Part shown: one piece after another, positions 39,887 through 53,502 of the stretch | Layout of the letters: each line of letters opens with the position of its first letter | How positions within the stretch are numbered: position 1 is the first letter of the stretch | Source: Sphagnum compactum | Lineage: Eukaryota | Assembly: GCA_965153455.1 (NCBI GenBank) | Contig: OZ234493.1 | Coordinates: forward strand, 9,786,213 to 9,850,212 | DNA: 64,000 bases | Direction of reading: 5' to 3' | Position numbers and translations under genes: made by a program | The notes under the pieces: model-generated | Told to the model about the DNA's origin: nothing | Seen by the model: the letters and a program-made list of their open reading frames with translations, nothing else | Database searches by the model: none

Positions 39887-42800
39887 ACTCTGTTGTGAGA
39901 GCCCCATCAATCATTAGTCCTTCCATTGCCTGACTTATTTTACTCAAAGGAATTCAAAGGAGAAAGCAGACTCCCTTCCCCTTCCCCCCAATCTGGGAAG
40001 AAAAATACAAGCCCAGAATGGAAAACCAAAAAAAAAATACAATCGAGGAAGATCATGTACCAACAGAACTTTATTCAATCCAACCTGAAAAAATATATAC
40101 GTACCAAAAGGAGAGTACCTACATCCCTTTTGGGAGATTTTTTATAAAACATAATAATTTTAAAATAATTTATTATTCTTAATATACCAAAAAAATTCTT
40201 AAATTTAATTGTTTAATTAATTAATTAATTAATTTATTTGAGGTCTCACATTGGGCAGTGTCTGTCACGGACCCTCACATATGTGTAATAAATTTCATGT
40301 GGCTTTTCTGCCTCTTTTTTATCCCCCTTACAAGTCACAATGGTGAGTCCTGTGGTATCTACCACATGTAACTCGGGCAGGTTTCATGACCTATTATCTA
40401 CAAGACAATTCTGCCAGCAAAATTTACATGACCATTATGCAAATCCACATGAGAACACACTGAAAACAATGCCAAGTACAAGCAATTGTGCCCATTCTTT
40501 TCTGCCCATTCAGAAATTTGGGTTTGCCCAAACTCCTCACAGCACCTCCGTTGGCACAATGGCTGGTCCGGTCACTCTGCATAATGTGCAAAACCTTTGC
40601 TTTTCTTTTTGAAATGTAATTATTAATTATCAATAATACTCCAGATTATGGAGGGCATCTTGTATCTACTTGGGCTTTGTGCTTCTTTGCACTACCAATG
40701 ATGATCAATTTATTTTCCAATCAAATTATTAACATATTTTGTGTGATTTTTCTTTTCATATGCAACTGTGTATCTTGATTGTTTGAAGTTGGGATCACAT
40801 TTTTATTATTCATAAAATAATTTTGTGTGCACATATATAATTGTTCGTAACCACATATATGCATAATAGAATTAGTCATAGGTTTTTGTGAATAAATTAA
40901 GAGTGTTTTGGTTATGAGTTTCAAGTCTTAACATTTTGCTTTGAACTCATTCAAATTTAGGAAAATTATACACAAAAAGCAGTAATCGGATTGAGGGAAT
41001 GAAAACATGGGGTGGTCCTTTTCCCATTTTGCTGCACAAGGATGCATAGAGGTAGGAAGTTTTGGGCTCATTTGAAGATGAACTAGATGGTGAAGTTCTT
41101 GACTCCTAGAGTCTAGAAATCTTTGTTACAACCCAATTTTTTCATGTTCCTCATTCTCTCCAAAGAGAAAACTAAAAGGGTGTAGTTTCAAGTTAGGGCT
41201 CTTGATGGAAGTAGTGGCACCAAGTAGGTTATCATCACTTAGAATTGTGGAGTTTGATGTGATCTCTCTCTTCAGAATTTTTTTGATATTTTTGTAAGAT
41301 TACACATGCCACAATGGGTGAGAAGTGGCAACAATATGTGTGAAATTTACACAACAAATGATGATATATGAACACCTTTCACATCTTCGAAAACCAATCA
41401 CCTCAGTTTTAATCACCCAATTGTAGATAGGGTAGATCATTGGATATTCTTCCTTTGGGAGTTTTGAATAATTTTCATCCAATATGTGTTGGATGATTTT
41501 TTTAAAATGTTTACTTTCAGAGCTCAAAATTGATATAACTTTTCTTTTTGTATCATATGTGAATGTTGCACCTCTTGCCTTAAAAGAATTAGGTTATTTT
41601 AAAGTTTGAACTTCTATTCATTTAAGTTTTTTCTTGACTTTTGCTGTACGATAGTATGTACAAAATGTGACATATTTCAGGCTTGGCTCATGTTACAACT
41701 ACAAATTTACAGATTGTTAATGTGGGTTCTTTAATTGATCACATTTACCAAAACAACATCAAAATTCTTAAATCATGGGCACACATATTGAAAACCTTTT
41801 TTGCACAATTGAGGAAACTAAAAAGATCATACCACACAAAGATAATTTAGAATTAGAGTCAATGTATCAACAATTAATTCATATAAACTTGGCACATGGT
41901 ATGAAACAAAATCTAGAGAAAGATAAACATAATCAATTCCACAACCAACAAAACAAACACTTATTATTTCATTGAATGAAATACAATGTCATAACTTTAA
42001 AAAAAACCCATAAAAAATATTTACATCTCTATTCTAAATTCAATTCTATGGAATGGATACATATTGTAATTACATCTCCTACACAAAACATTTCACCTAA
42101 TGACCAAACAATTGGACAAACAACCAATCTCACAAAAGGTAGAACTAGTTGAACAAGTTGAGACTCCAAATGTTTGAATGATGAATGCATGAATGTTTGG
42201 TAGCAAAAACATTGTATTTTATTAGTTCACCTTTTCTATTTATGTTAAAATCTTGTTTCCCTAGTAAAGCTTCTTGGTACCTCCTCTTGTTCAATGTGAG
42301 ATTATTGACAACAATTAACCCAAAATGAGTTGTTGTTCACCTCCTGTTTATCAAATTGAGTGATATGAGAAAAAAATGTCATGTTCAAATTGATTTTGAA
42401 CATTGAATGCAAATTTTGCTTCTCTATCACACCAAAGGTAATGTAAACCTTTATTGACACAACTATGGGTGGGAGGGATGATGATGGTGTGTGAATGCTT
42501 GAGTGAGTTCTTCAAAAAACAAACTTGGTATTATTTGGTTGGTCTTTGTTCTTGCACAAATTATAGAAGGACAAATCATGTACAACTTTCTTTATCCAAG
42601 TTGTTTTCATGAGCTTGCCCTTGATGACCGTTGAAATTCATCTCTTGTTTCTATCACTAGAACTTGTTAATGTTCTTGGTTGCCTATTGTCTTTTCCAAC
42701 AATGACAACTCGTGACTCCTTGTGCCAAGTGGGCTTGCAAAGGGGGTTATATAACAAATAATCATTCCCATTAAAGTGTAATGATCAACAACCCCTCCAA

Positions 42801-45800
42801 TGACTACACCAAAATATTCTTATTATTATTACATCCATGATTACATTTGCAATTGTATATGCCACTAGTGACTACATGATTTTGTAGTTGAATTAGACTT
42901 GTCACTAATTGTAAACATGGTCATAATCATAAGGTCAGTACATGTATTTTCATGACTATGGTGATGTTCATCATACAATTACAAACATGATTGGACATAC
43001 AATGACATACATGACATGTGATGTCTTTTCATAATCCAAACATGGTAAATTAGATTGCTAAAGTTCCTTGCAACATAAATGAAAAGTAACCATCAAGTAA
43101 GCTTTGATATTGAACTTAAAAATATTATTCAGTTCAATGATCAATATGACTGGTTTTTTCAACTTTGTTCAAATTTTAAATAAAGATTACATGTTTAAAA
43201 TAGGTTTAAGTATATTCACTGAAATTCAAGCAGCTCACAATTTATTTTTAATCTTTAAGTAGGTTGTAAGTAGATGAAATATTATATTTTTAAAAAAATT
43301 GAATTAAGGGGGTCCTAAAATGTACTTATGACTTTTCACATTTTTTACATTCTAATCAAAATATATATAGCTTGTAGGGTAAAAGTAGGTTTGAAAAAAA
43401 TATTTGCTATTCAATCTCAAACATTCTTATTACTTACTTTTATTATACTAAACTTCTTCAAATTTGATACTCAACTTACTATAAACCCAATAAAAGCATA
43501 AATGCTTTCAAAATGAAACATAATTTTTTTTCAAATCTATATTTTTGTGTTTCTATAAAAAAAATTGTCATATTTTAAAACAAGATTTTAAACATACATA
43601 CTTTTTGGTCTAATTTACCATGCTTGCAGCTTTCGTCTTAGCCTAATCTAGCCTAGGGGGCCTATGCATGTAAAAAAATTGTAAATAAGAGTTGAACCTT
43701 TCACCTCCAAAATGAAAAAACCAAGTACTTAACTAATGCACCACCGCACGTTCATGATGTAATTATTTTTATCAACATATTATTATGAACATGTTTATTT
43801 CATATGCTTTTACACTAAGCTTATGTATAAAGGTAGGAAGGTAGGCAACATGTAGGTGGATGGTCAATATTCCAATACGTTCACCTAATTACAATTTGCC
43901 CACTTATTACCTTACTAACTACCAATCTACTTCTCAACAACCCACAACCTACATAACCTAGGCTTAATCTATGCATTATATATATATATACATATATACC
44001 TCAAAATGATCAATATTACACATGTAGTCAATAGTTATAACAATAGTTGCAATTTATTTCTTAGTCATGATTGTTGGGTATTGAAGTAACAATTAGCTTG
44101 CGACTGGCCTTGCAGGACTTAAAAAACACATTCTCTCTGTGTGCTAATCATGTCTTTCTTCTATGGGCAGCAAACAAGAGCACCATCACAATTCATGTTG
44201 TATACTATGGGAGAGTAATTCTTACCTGTTTCGTGTAAGCCTTGGTCAAGTCACCCAATTTGACCACTTTTCAGTAAAAGTCTTGTCTACAAAAGAGTGT
44301 CAGGTGTTTCCTGAGCACCAAGAACACCGCTCTCCAATATCAAGGATCATACATGTTGCACTGCATTTTTACTGTGTCCATCATATTAAATAATCAATTG
44401 GAATTAAGAGTATAAATTCAATCCATTCACACGATCATGCAAATTGTGACATGATTTTTAGATATATTCATCAAGCTTAAATAGACCTAGCCAGGGACAA
44501 GTCCTGAAATTGTACAGATTCATGGTCATTTGTTCATGTGTTTTCCTTCTTTCTTCACTGTTATCCTGGGGAGAGGAAGTGCACCCTTTTCCTAATTTCT
44601 TCTAACTGAGCCAATCCACCAACAGGCACTCAATCTGCATATCTAAAAAATACAGCAACTCTAGTACTGAATCATCTGTGACAAATTACATCTAATTGCA
44701 CTCTGCATGAAATTTCCATCATGTATACATAAATCTTGGCGTGTGCTACAGAGAAGTGACAATGATCTACAGTCATTGAGTAGAGAATATCACCAGGCAT
44801 TGGTAAGACATGAGCTTCCAACATGTTCTGCCTTCTCACTTCATTGTCACCACCAGCACAAGCGAGTTGAACCAATTAGGACCATCATCACTCTAAGAGG
44901 ACACATACTCTGCTCCTCTCACACTCTGAACAACCAACTCCAATTGATTGACACTCCCAACTCTGCCTTTCATCTTACAAACAACTACTACTTCAGGTTG
45001 TAAATCACTGCACAACCACCCAAAGCCCCATCCACCAGCACCTTCTTCCACAACTCACAAGAAAAGCTCCTCAGTACAAAAGAAACAAAAGAATCCGAAT
45101 TGCCACATCACACTACTCCTTGTTCAGATGTTCACATAAACACCAGATGACAGCTTTCACAGGAAATGAGTCAAATCAAACCATCTTACATTTGGAATTC
45201 AAGAATAATACAAACTGTGTTCCCACCTCTTTGTGTGCCAAACGAGGAAACATTGCAAATTCTATGTTAGATATTGACATGATTAATCAGTTGGCAACCC
45301 ATACAAAGCATAGGACAACTGGAGATTCTAGCCAGAGTGTAAATGTGCTCACAGTCACCCCTTGGACTGCATAATAGTAAAGATCTGAAGGACACTCTAA
45401 CTCAAGTTCAACCTTATATCATTGCATCATAATTTGAATGGCAATTCTAACATGTTCAAGAATCATGTCTTGAAAAGCAATAACATTGAAGAAATGCAAA
45501 TTGGGTTCCACTGCCTAAGTCCAAATACTTCATGATAAAGTTTGCAGACCAAAAAGCACATGCGGATTTTAACAGATAGATGTTCCTATGCTGTCTCAGA
45601 ATTTGAAGGATTAGAAGTCCACAATGACAATGACAAGCACCAATAGGTGTAGCACATAAAACATTTTGCAATAACACTCTTGGACCCAAGTTAGATATAG
45701 CCACTACAAAGGAATTCACAACTCACCTTGAGGATCTGCTTCACGTTGAGGATTGAAGCATGTAGCCAATAATTACAGCCAAAGAGATGACAGTAGTTTC

Positions 45801-47081
45801 TGCAGAAGTTCACCCTAGGTGAGCCCAAGAATCTGCAGACTTGAGCTCACTAGAATAAAAATAGAAAACCTACAATCTTAAAACTTCCCCTATTGCCTTC
45901 ACAGGATGACTACAAAACATGGCCCCAAAAGACAGTCCCTGTAGCAGAGGCCATGCCTTTATGCACTTGTACACAGAAGACTGCCAAGTTTTCATTAACC
46001 TTCCCTCCTACCTTCAAAGCTGTCTGGCAACAAAAAACTGCGCAACCTGACTAACAAGAGGAGGGGAACCCAATACATCTGGCTTGAGCAGTACTACAGC
46101 TGCTGAAACTTCAGGATCCTGAGTGAGACTCCCAAAGAATAGAAGATGCCACCTCATTAACCCCTAAACGTCAGACAGACCCAATATGGGCTGCTTTTCA
46201 ATGTAAATGCACACTGTCTTGACATTTAGGGGTTAACATCTACACTCTTAGAGAACATATACATCCACCCTACCTCAATACAAGTCACTATGAAGACTGC
46301 ACAATCAAATAAGTGTTTCTCGACTTTCGAAAAAAAAATATGCACAACAAATTTTGATCATTAGGTGTGCCATATAAATTATATGGGACAGAAATTAGGA
46401 GTCAGACATGAATTGTGCAGCTGTGACAGAAACTCTTATATTCCCTTCTATTGCAATGTCTATGTTTTCAATCTACACTTATACATGGATGCAGATTGAT
46501 TTGATACTGTCAATAAAACAGGAGTAGGTCAATACTGGTCAGCACAGCTACCAAAGATCTATCCTTGGACATGAAGAGCTGTTGACTCTTCAACAGAAGA
46601 ATCCAGCCAAGTATGTGAGTTCATGTATATCTCATTGATCATTTCATACATGATCCAGTATTATCCATCCAATGTTGAGCCATTTACAAACCCACAACTT
46701 CCAAAGTCCTTAAATGGCAAGATTCCTTGATTGTTTACTGATGAGCTCTCTGAGAACAATTGGACAAAGAACTTGTAATGGGTACTGTGGTGGCAAAACC
46801 TGAAGTCTGTAAGCGTAAAACCACATTGCCCTTTGGGAAATATAATCAGAAGGAGGGATCCCTGAAGTGCAATTTTGCTGACCCCCAAAGTGGGAACAGT
46901 GTCCCCTGTGGAGCACAATGAAACCTTTAAGCTTTGCAGAACAAGAAGATCTTCAGCAAGGAGTGGCTTGAATACCCAAGATTTCAAAATACAAAATCAA
47001 TCTCAAAAATGTCTGAATTTAGGTGGAGAGTGATAGAAGAACTACCAACACCCCACCTCTGTGTTTATAGCAGTGTGCATG

Positions 47082-49741
47082 TTAAGGCAGTGGCTCCTGA
47101 ACATTGCCAAGTCTGTTGAGGTGCAAATACGCATCGGTGCCTGTCCACCCAATCCATGTATAGATAAAAGAAAAATAAGGTGGGAAAGAGGGGTGAAAGT
47201 TTTGACTGAAAAAGTGCATACATAGCTGATAACACAACTAAATGAAAAAATGAAGGTTTGAACACCATGAGAGTCAAGTCAGTCAAATTACCATAGCCCT
47301 CCATGGAAATAATCTGAAGGTCACCTCCAAAGTAACGTGCATAGAGACGACTGATGGGGAGTCCATATCCATAACCAGCCATCACATTAGGCGTCTCCTG
47401 ATCTTGTCTTCCAAGAACAACTGGATTTTTTGCAGTACTGTACAAATAAGTCCAAATTTTGGGCAGCCCACTTCTGGGGATGCCCCCTCCTTCATCTGAA
47501 ATCTGTTGCCCCAAGCATCACATGCATAGATCCCATTAGGAATCCAAACCTCTACCAGGAATCTAACATACAAAACAGTGATTGAGCTCGGGTCATAATT
47601 GACAGTTCCAAATCTAGATTGACAAACTGCATGTGGACATGAAAAAGGTGACTAGGTAAAGACAGATATAAAACGAAAATTGGAGTACCTTGATGGTAAC
47701 ATCTTCAATGCCATCTGCCACAACCACCCGAATTGGTGGGCACTCATTGTCATCGTCCATGAAACGCTCTTGCACGGCTCGGAGAGAGTTTTTAACCAGC
47801 TCAAACAGCATTTGATGTAAATGTGTTGGCACATACCTATTTACAAGCATTTAATCAATCAGTCTATGCTGGAAATGCACACCCCCATTTGCAGGTCTTA
47901 ATCTAATTTCTAATGTGGCAAAAATGAAGCCCTATGGATAGGAGAGAGGGAATAAAAAAGATGCTTTCAATGAGATTAGGCAAAAAAATGTACGCAAAAG
48001 TGAAATTTGGGTCGCCATAAACATGCACTTCAGGGGCACTTCCATATGTACGCATACAAGCTGACCGTGCATCTTCAATTGCATTTTGAGCAACCTCTAC
48101 TGGAGACACCCCTGCAGAAATGAGGCCAACATAGCCAGGTGCAGGATTTTGTTGATGAAGTGCCACATGCTGACCTGGATAAACATTTCAGTGAGCCATA
48201 TCAGTAAAACCACATACACCTGACCATTATACGGTGCACATACTCCAACTCTGATTCCACTTCCACATGTTTGTAAGAAACTGACAACTCACTTTTTGTA
48301 ACATTATGCTTCATGTCATTCACAAAGTATCAGGCCATCACCTTTATGATGAATAGCAATGACTAGCTTCTATGACTTGCCACTGACTGCATTAGCTCCA
48401 GATGTTATGCATAGATAAGTATATAACAATCTGCTCAATACTTATGGCAAATAATTATTAAAAAAATTGTGACTTGACTTTGTGTTGCATTTCGAGAAGC
48501 AACAAGAAAAGTGACAACTTGGCTAGCACTCAAAACAGACACCTATGATAAACATCAATTTCCACGTGATGCCCAAAAAAGGTAACAACAGACAAATTTG
48601 AGCAATTCAATTGAAAAAGACAAACAACTTCCTGATCCACTATTTTCAGGGCTATTGCCAACCTCTAAAAACACATCAAGAAAGTCAACATTTTGATTTT
48701 GAACTGTTCTTCCTTTGTAATACCTTGAATAAAAATACTATCTTGCACTCACAAATACAGATTCCAAAGATCTCAGGCATAGTATTGATGTTGGAGACTT
48801 AGATATAGCTGAAGGACACACCAATTAGCATACGTATACCAATGCGTGACATATAGAAACGGTCAAGGAACTGATGGATCTCTGGTAGCTCATTCAAGCC
48901 AACTTTGCGTCCTAGATCCTCCTTCAACTCTTGAATACCCATTGCCATGGTAGGCATCACATCATTATGTCGCATCTTAACTTGGTTTATGAGCTCTGTA
49001 AACTTGAGCTCATCATGAAGATCTTGAATCTCTGGAAAGCTTCGCAAATCTTTGAAAGAGTCAACATACCAATCACGTACCTGCAGATAGGTATTCCATA
49101 AGGATTAGAGCGAGCCCATTCACATGTGTTAAACCAAAACTACATGTAAGATTGTCAGTGAATTGCACCTGATTCTTTTCACTATCACTAAATTCTGAAT
49201 TTCAGCACCAGAACAGTGCCACCATCAGCTACCCGAGTGTCAAGGATAAACAAAGGATCTTCACTCTGTTGTAGGATCTTGCCAGAATACAACCTAAAAC
49301 CCCATACATGGGAGTGATAAGAGCGAGGGAGACCTATCAGATTCTAGTGTCACATTAATTGAGTATAGACATCGTGTTCTTCACGTTCTCCACATGCAAG
49401 AGCAACCACAACAGACAAAGGAGAAAGGAGGGATATATGAATGAAGATGGGTGGACTGCAGTGTGGGGCAGACGGGAAAATTTTGCCTTGAGAACAGGAG
49501 CTTTTGTAGAAAGTCCATGAGGAAGGTTTTCAAGCTCTGTGACTCGGTGTGCAAGCCGGACAGGCAGTTCCTTGTGCAAAAACTGAGAGGAAAGCAGAAG
49601 ATTTCTTCCTGAAGGATATGCCCCGAAGTCCATCATGTACTTGAGGCTCACTCCCGTTTGTTTCTTAAAACTACATCTGTAGATGTCGTCCACCACATTC
49701 CTTGAGACGGTCTCTGACAATTTTCGTACTGCTCTTGCCAT
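47082..49741 (-). CDS. PDK: Mitochondrial [pyruvate dehydrogenase] kinase; exons 49741-49487, 49080-48822, 48174-47994, 47836-47689, 47502-47292, 47140-47082; 370 aa
   Basis: Motifs [66 protein letters not shown] (N box), ISDEGGG (G1), [20 protein letters not shown] (G2) and the end [19 protein letters not shown]. Total 1113 nt in frame. Intron 1 is GC-AG, the others GT-AG. Confidence 0.97.
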
Positions 49742-51007
49742 GACTGCAGTAGAGCTCCAATAGTCCAAGCACGTCCGTACTATCTGGACAGTATCCACTC
49801 TGCGAGGAAAATAGCAGACACCGTATTGTAAGCATTTCTGGCTGCAACGGTTCTAGAATACTACGATCAGAAAGCGCGACCAGCTTGTGACAGTTAGTCA
49901 AGCAAAGTCTTGAGGGACAAGTATACTATGAGCCTGGCAAACTCTGCAAGTATCCATCCAAGTCGTCAGGTTTTCTAAGCGACTGTTCGTGCGCAGTTTC
50001 CCTGTCAGAAACAAGGTTTGCATCGTGAAGTTGAATCGGAAAACATGAGCGCTGACACTAGCTCTCTAGCCATTTTGTACTTTCAATGTTTTGAAAGAAC
50101 TCGATACCGACAGAGAAAAGACATGCACAGAGATGCAACCAAGGGCTTCCCCCTTCCAGAAAAGAACGAACTAGCTTGTGAAATCTTTTTCTGCTGCTCA
50201 AAGTAAAACTACGCGGGTATTCTGTCTGTCTCCAAACTAGCGCCAACAATCGATCCCAAGCTATCCGAAGAGTTTCCGGGAGAGTTGCAAAAACAAATCG
50301 CAACAACTGGATACGGTATGTGAAAGAAATGGAAGAGCAGCTCTCACCTATTGTCCGATGACACTCTTTTACCGTCTACGCGACGAGTGTTTGGTCACTC
50401 CTAGTGCTGTAATATTGCTTCCCGCGAGGCTTCGAAGCAGCTAGCTTCCCGTTCTCAAATTGTCGATGCACGAATGATTCCTTTCGTCGTCGAGCGCCTG
50501 ATGCCATGCTAGAGAAAAGGATCTCCGCACACCAACGCAGCCACCAACACCTTATACTCACAATACGTATACAAGTGCAGCGCCGTAAACTTTATTATGC
50601 GCAAGAAAACATCGAACCAAGTCCAAATTGCGTGATTCTCGGATTCTACTTGCATCAAAACCAGATCCAAAAATTGCAAATCCGGTACAGAAGAGTCTTC
50701 ATTCCCACACAGACCACAATCGGAGGAGAGAAACACCCTCGGGGGGGGGGGCGGCAGTAGCAGCAGCAGGAGTTTAGGCTTCAGGATTTCGGCTATGGCG
50801 GACGCGCGGAGAGCGAGACGGAAAAGGCGAGGAACAAGGAGCCTGACGGTGCGCACAGGACGACGACGAGAAATCCAGTTCTCGTCCCCTCCGTACTCGA
50901 CGATCACGTCCCTCCTCGTCCAATGCTGACGAGAATTCACCCACAAGACTTCACCTCCTCCTTCGCACCGACGACGAGAAACCCCAATCTCGTCCGTAAA
51001 GTGTACC

Positions 51008-51074
51008 CCACGTGGTACTTTCGTCCGTCCGTTACCACAAAACTCCGTCCATTCTTTTACCTACGTGGTGGGCT
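51008..51074 (-). promoter_or_regulatory. G-box/ABRE-like and site II-like motifs upstream of the PDK leader
   Basis: CCACGTGG at 51008-51015, ACGTGG at 51063-51068 and TGGGCT at 51069-51074, just upstream of the GC-rich putative first exon. Confidence 0.45.
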
Positions 51075-53043
51075 CTTAATCCCCCCACCCCAATCTTTTT
51101 ATTTTCCCATTCCAACTTTTCTAAAGCAGGGGTTTGTTTTTAATTAGTTAATTATTAATAATTTGAGATATTGCAAATTTGGCGATTTTTTCCCAAAAAT
51201 TTAGCAAATTTACACTAGAAAACACATTTATCCAAAAAATTCCAGAAACAACAAGATTTGTTCTCCCCCCGCCCCCCCCCCCTCCAAAAAAAAATTCACC
51301 GATCCCAAGCAACCCTAAAAGATCATCAATATATGTAAACCTTGTATTTTTCTCTTCTTTCTGATTGGGTGAATTATTTTTTCTTTCATATTTTGGGATT
51401 TTTGAACCCACCACAATGCACATGGGTAGTACACGGTGTCTCACAATTTAGAGAGCAAAGAAGTGATCGAAAGCCGTGCATAACTAGAAATGAAGATTCG
51501 GACCACTATTTAGCCCCACCGAACTATAGAATAATATATGTGGCATGCGGCCGTGCACATGTTGCTCAAGTCTACGTATTATATTATGGTGGCCAATGAT
51601 GAAGAAGGTGATGGGCAGTTGAATCTCGATTGGTAATTGGTCACCACCCCGTGCATTCAGACGGCCTACACCTACCCATCATCCATGAAAGCAAATTGGT
51701 GGATGATCGACGGTTTTACCCATGTGGTTTTACTATTGACGAGGATGATGGTCATCATGGATGATCATCGGCTTTGTTCATGTTGGGGGTCCTTGAATCG
51801 CAACGGGGGTATCATGAAAGGGAGAGGACTCCAATTCATACCCCAAAAAAAATTTCGCCCCTTGTAAAAAGTGTGAGATTCCAATGCATGCAAACGAAAA
51901 TATTCACCTAATGTAGATGCATAGCCGGTTAGGCTATTGTTCGCCTAATAATTTTATTTTTAATAATATTTTCATTAGGAATTTTTTAATTGAATTTTTT
52001 TTAAATAGGCACATTGGGGGCATAATTTTTAGCATTAGGAAAATACATAAAGTAATTAAAAAATGGTGCCGATGGTACCAAGTAAATTTTAATGCTATCC
52101 CTCAATTCAGAGTTCCAAGGAGGATTTTGATAGAGATGAGTGAGATACACTAAAATGATGTAGTTGATCTTATGCAAGGACCCATGGAGGTCGTTTGGAG
52201 TTAGTACAAGTACCTGTAGTATGGAGTACCTTTCAACATTCGATTTGTTTGTCATTTACACCTGCAGGGCTATGTGGGTGTTGAAGTATGCATTTTTGAA
52301 AAATTTATCAAATGAGGCATCTGATGATTCTTTGTCATTATATATGTATATATATATAGACTTGAGTGTTCTTGTGTGTTTTAACCTTGCAAGAGACAAT
52401 TTTTCAAACCATTCAACATTTTTTGAATTTTTTCTTTTTTGAAAATTATTAGGCACTCTTTGAGAATGATTTCCAGAAATTAGATACTTTTGTCAAAATA
52501 AAATAAAATAAAATACTTCATTTTCAAATTAATTCGTGCATAATGGATTGTCCACTTATGATACTCATTTTAAATGTGTGAGACCACCAAATCATGGTAA
52601 GAAATTAATCATGTATCATTGAAATTGTTTAACATGTGTGTCAATTGCCGCTTTTTCTCTTAGGGAAGGTAAGCACTAAATAGATGCAGGTGCATAAAAA
52701 CCTAATGGTTACCAATTGATGTACAACCTTTTCTCTGACATAATCCAACTCCAAACCCTTGAATTATTATTATCAATTTTGGTCATGAATTGGAGTACAA
52801 GTGACTTTAGTGGCCATGAAAAGCAAAGCATAGAGTGAGAAGAAATTTAGATCCTATTTGGTTACTGAGTTATTTGCAAGAACAAGCAACATCAGGTGTT
52901 GGATTTCCAGTTTGGTTAGCTTCCATAGGTTTCCATAGTTTCATCACTTAAAGTTTGGGTACAAGCAACGTTAGGTGTCTAATTTCCCCCTTCCATCAGC
53001 TTCCATACGTTTCCATAGTTTTTGTGGCTATCGTTTGGGGTAT

Positions 53044-53502
53044 TGATTGGAAATCGTGACAATTTAGAAAACTTGAGTGCGAGTGCAAGTTAGAGTCTTT
53101 TTTTGCATGAAACTTAGTAAAAATATGTCTGTATGTTTCCATAATTTCATCTCTTACATTTGGGTATGATTGGAAATCATGACAATTTAGAAAATTTGAG
53201 TGGAAGTGCAATTAAGAGTCTTTGTTTGCATGAAACTTGGTAGAAGATATATTTCCATATGTTTCCATAGTTTCCTCTATAACATTTTTGGGTATGATTG
53301 AAAATCATGACAATTTAGAAAATTTGAGTGGAAGTGCAATTAAGAGTCTTTTTTTGCATGAAACTTGGTAAAAAAAATATTTCCATATGTTTCCATAGTT
53401 TCCTCTATAACATTTTTGGGTATGATTGAAAATCATGACAATTTAGAAAAATTGAGTGGGAGTGCAATATAGGGTCTTTTTTTGCATGAAACTTAGTAAA
53501 AA
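53044..53502. repeat. Four-copy tandem repeat, periods 123/128/128 bp
   Basis: TGATTG.AAATC.TGACAATTTAGAAAA.TTGAGTG..AGTGCAA..GTCTTT..TTGCATGAAACTT.GTA starts at 53044, 53167, 53295 and 53423. Confidence 0.92.

Noticed and set aside
41420..41470. KEEYPMIYP resembles KEQYAQVIYP in the pogo cargo region (~20335)
   Set aside because: Too short to show homology without an alignment statistic.
44750..44850. miRNA-like hairpin (GTGACAATGA / TCATTGTCAC)
   Set aside because: Only 10 bp pair and the stem does not extend; no full match to a miRNA I recognise.
46738..46760. Hammerhead ribozyme-like CTGATGAG-CTC-TCT-GAG-AAC
   Set aside because: Lacks the GAAA core and has no stems I or III.
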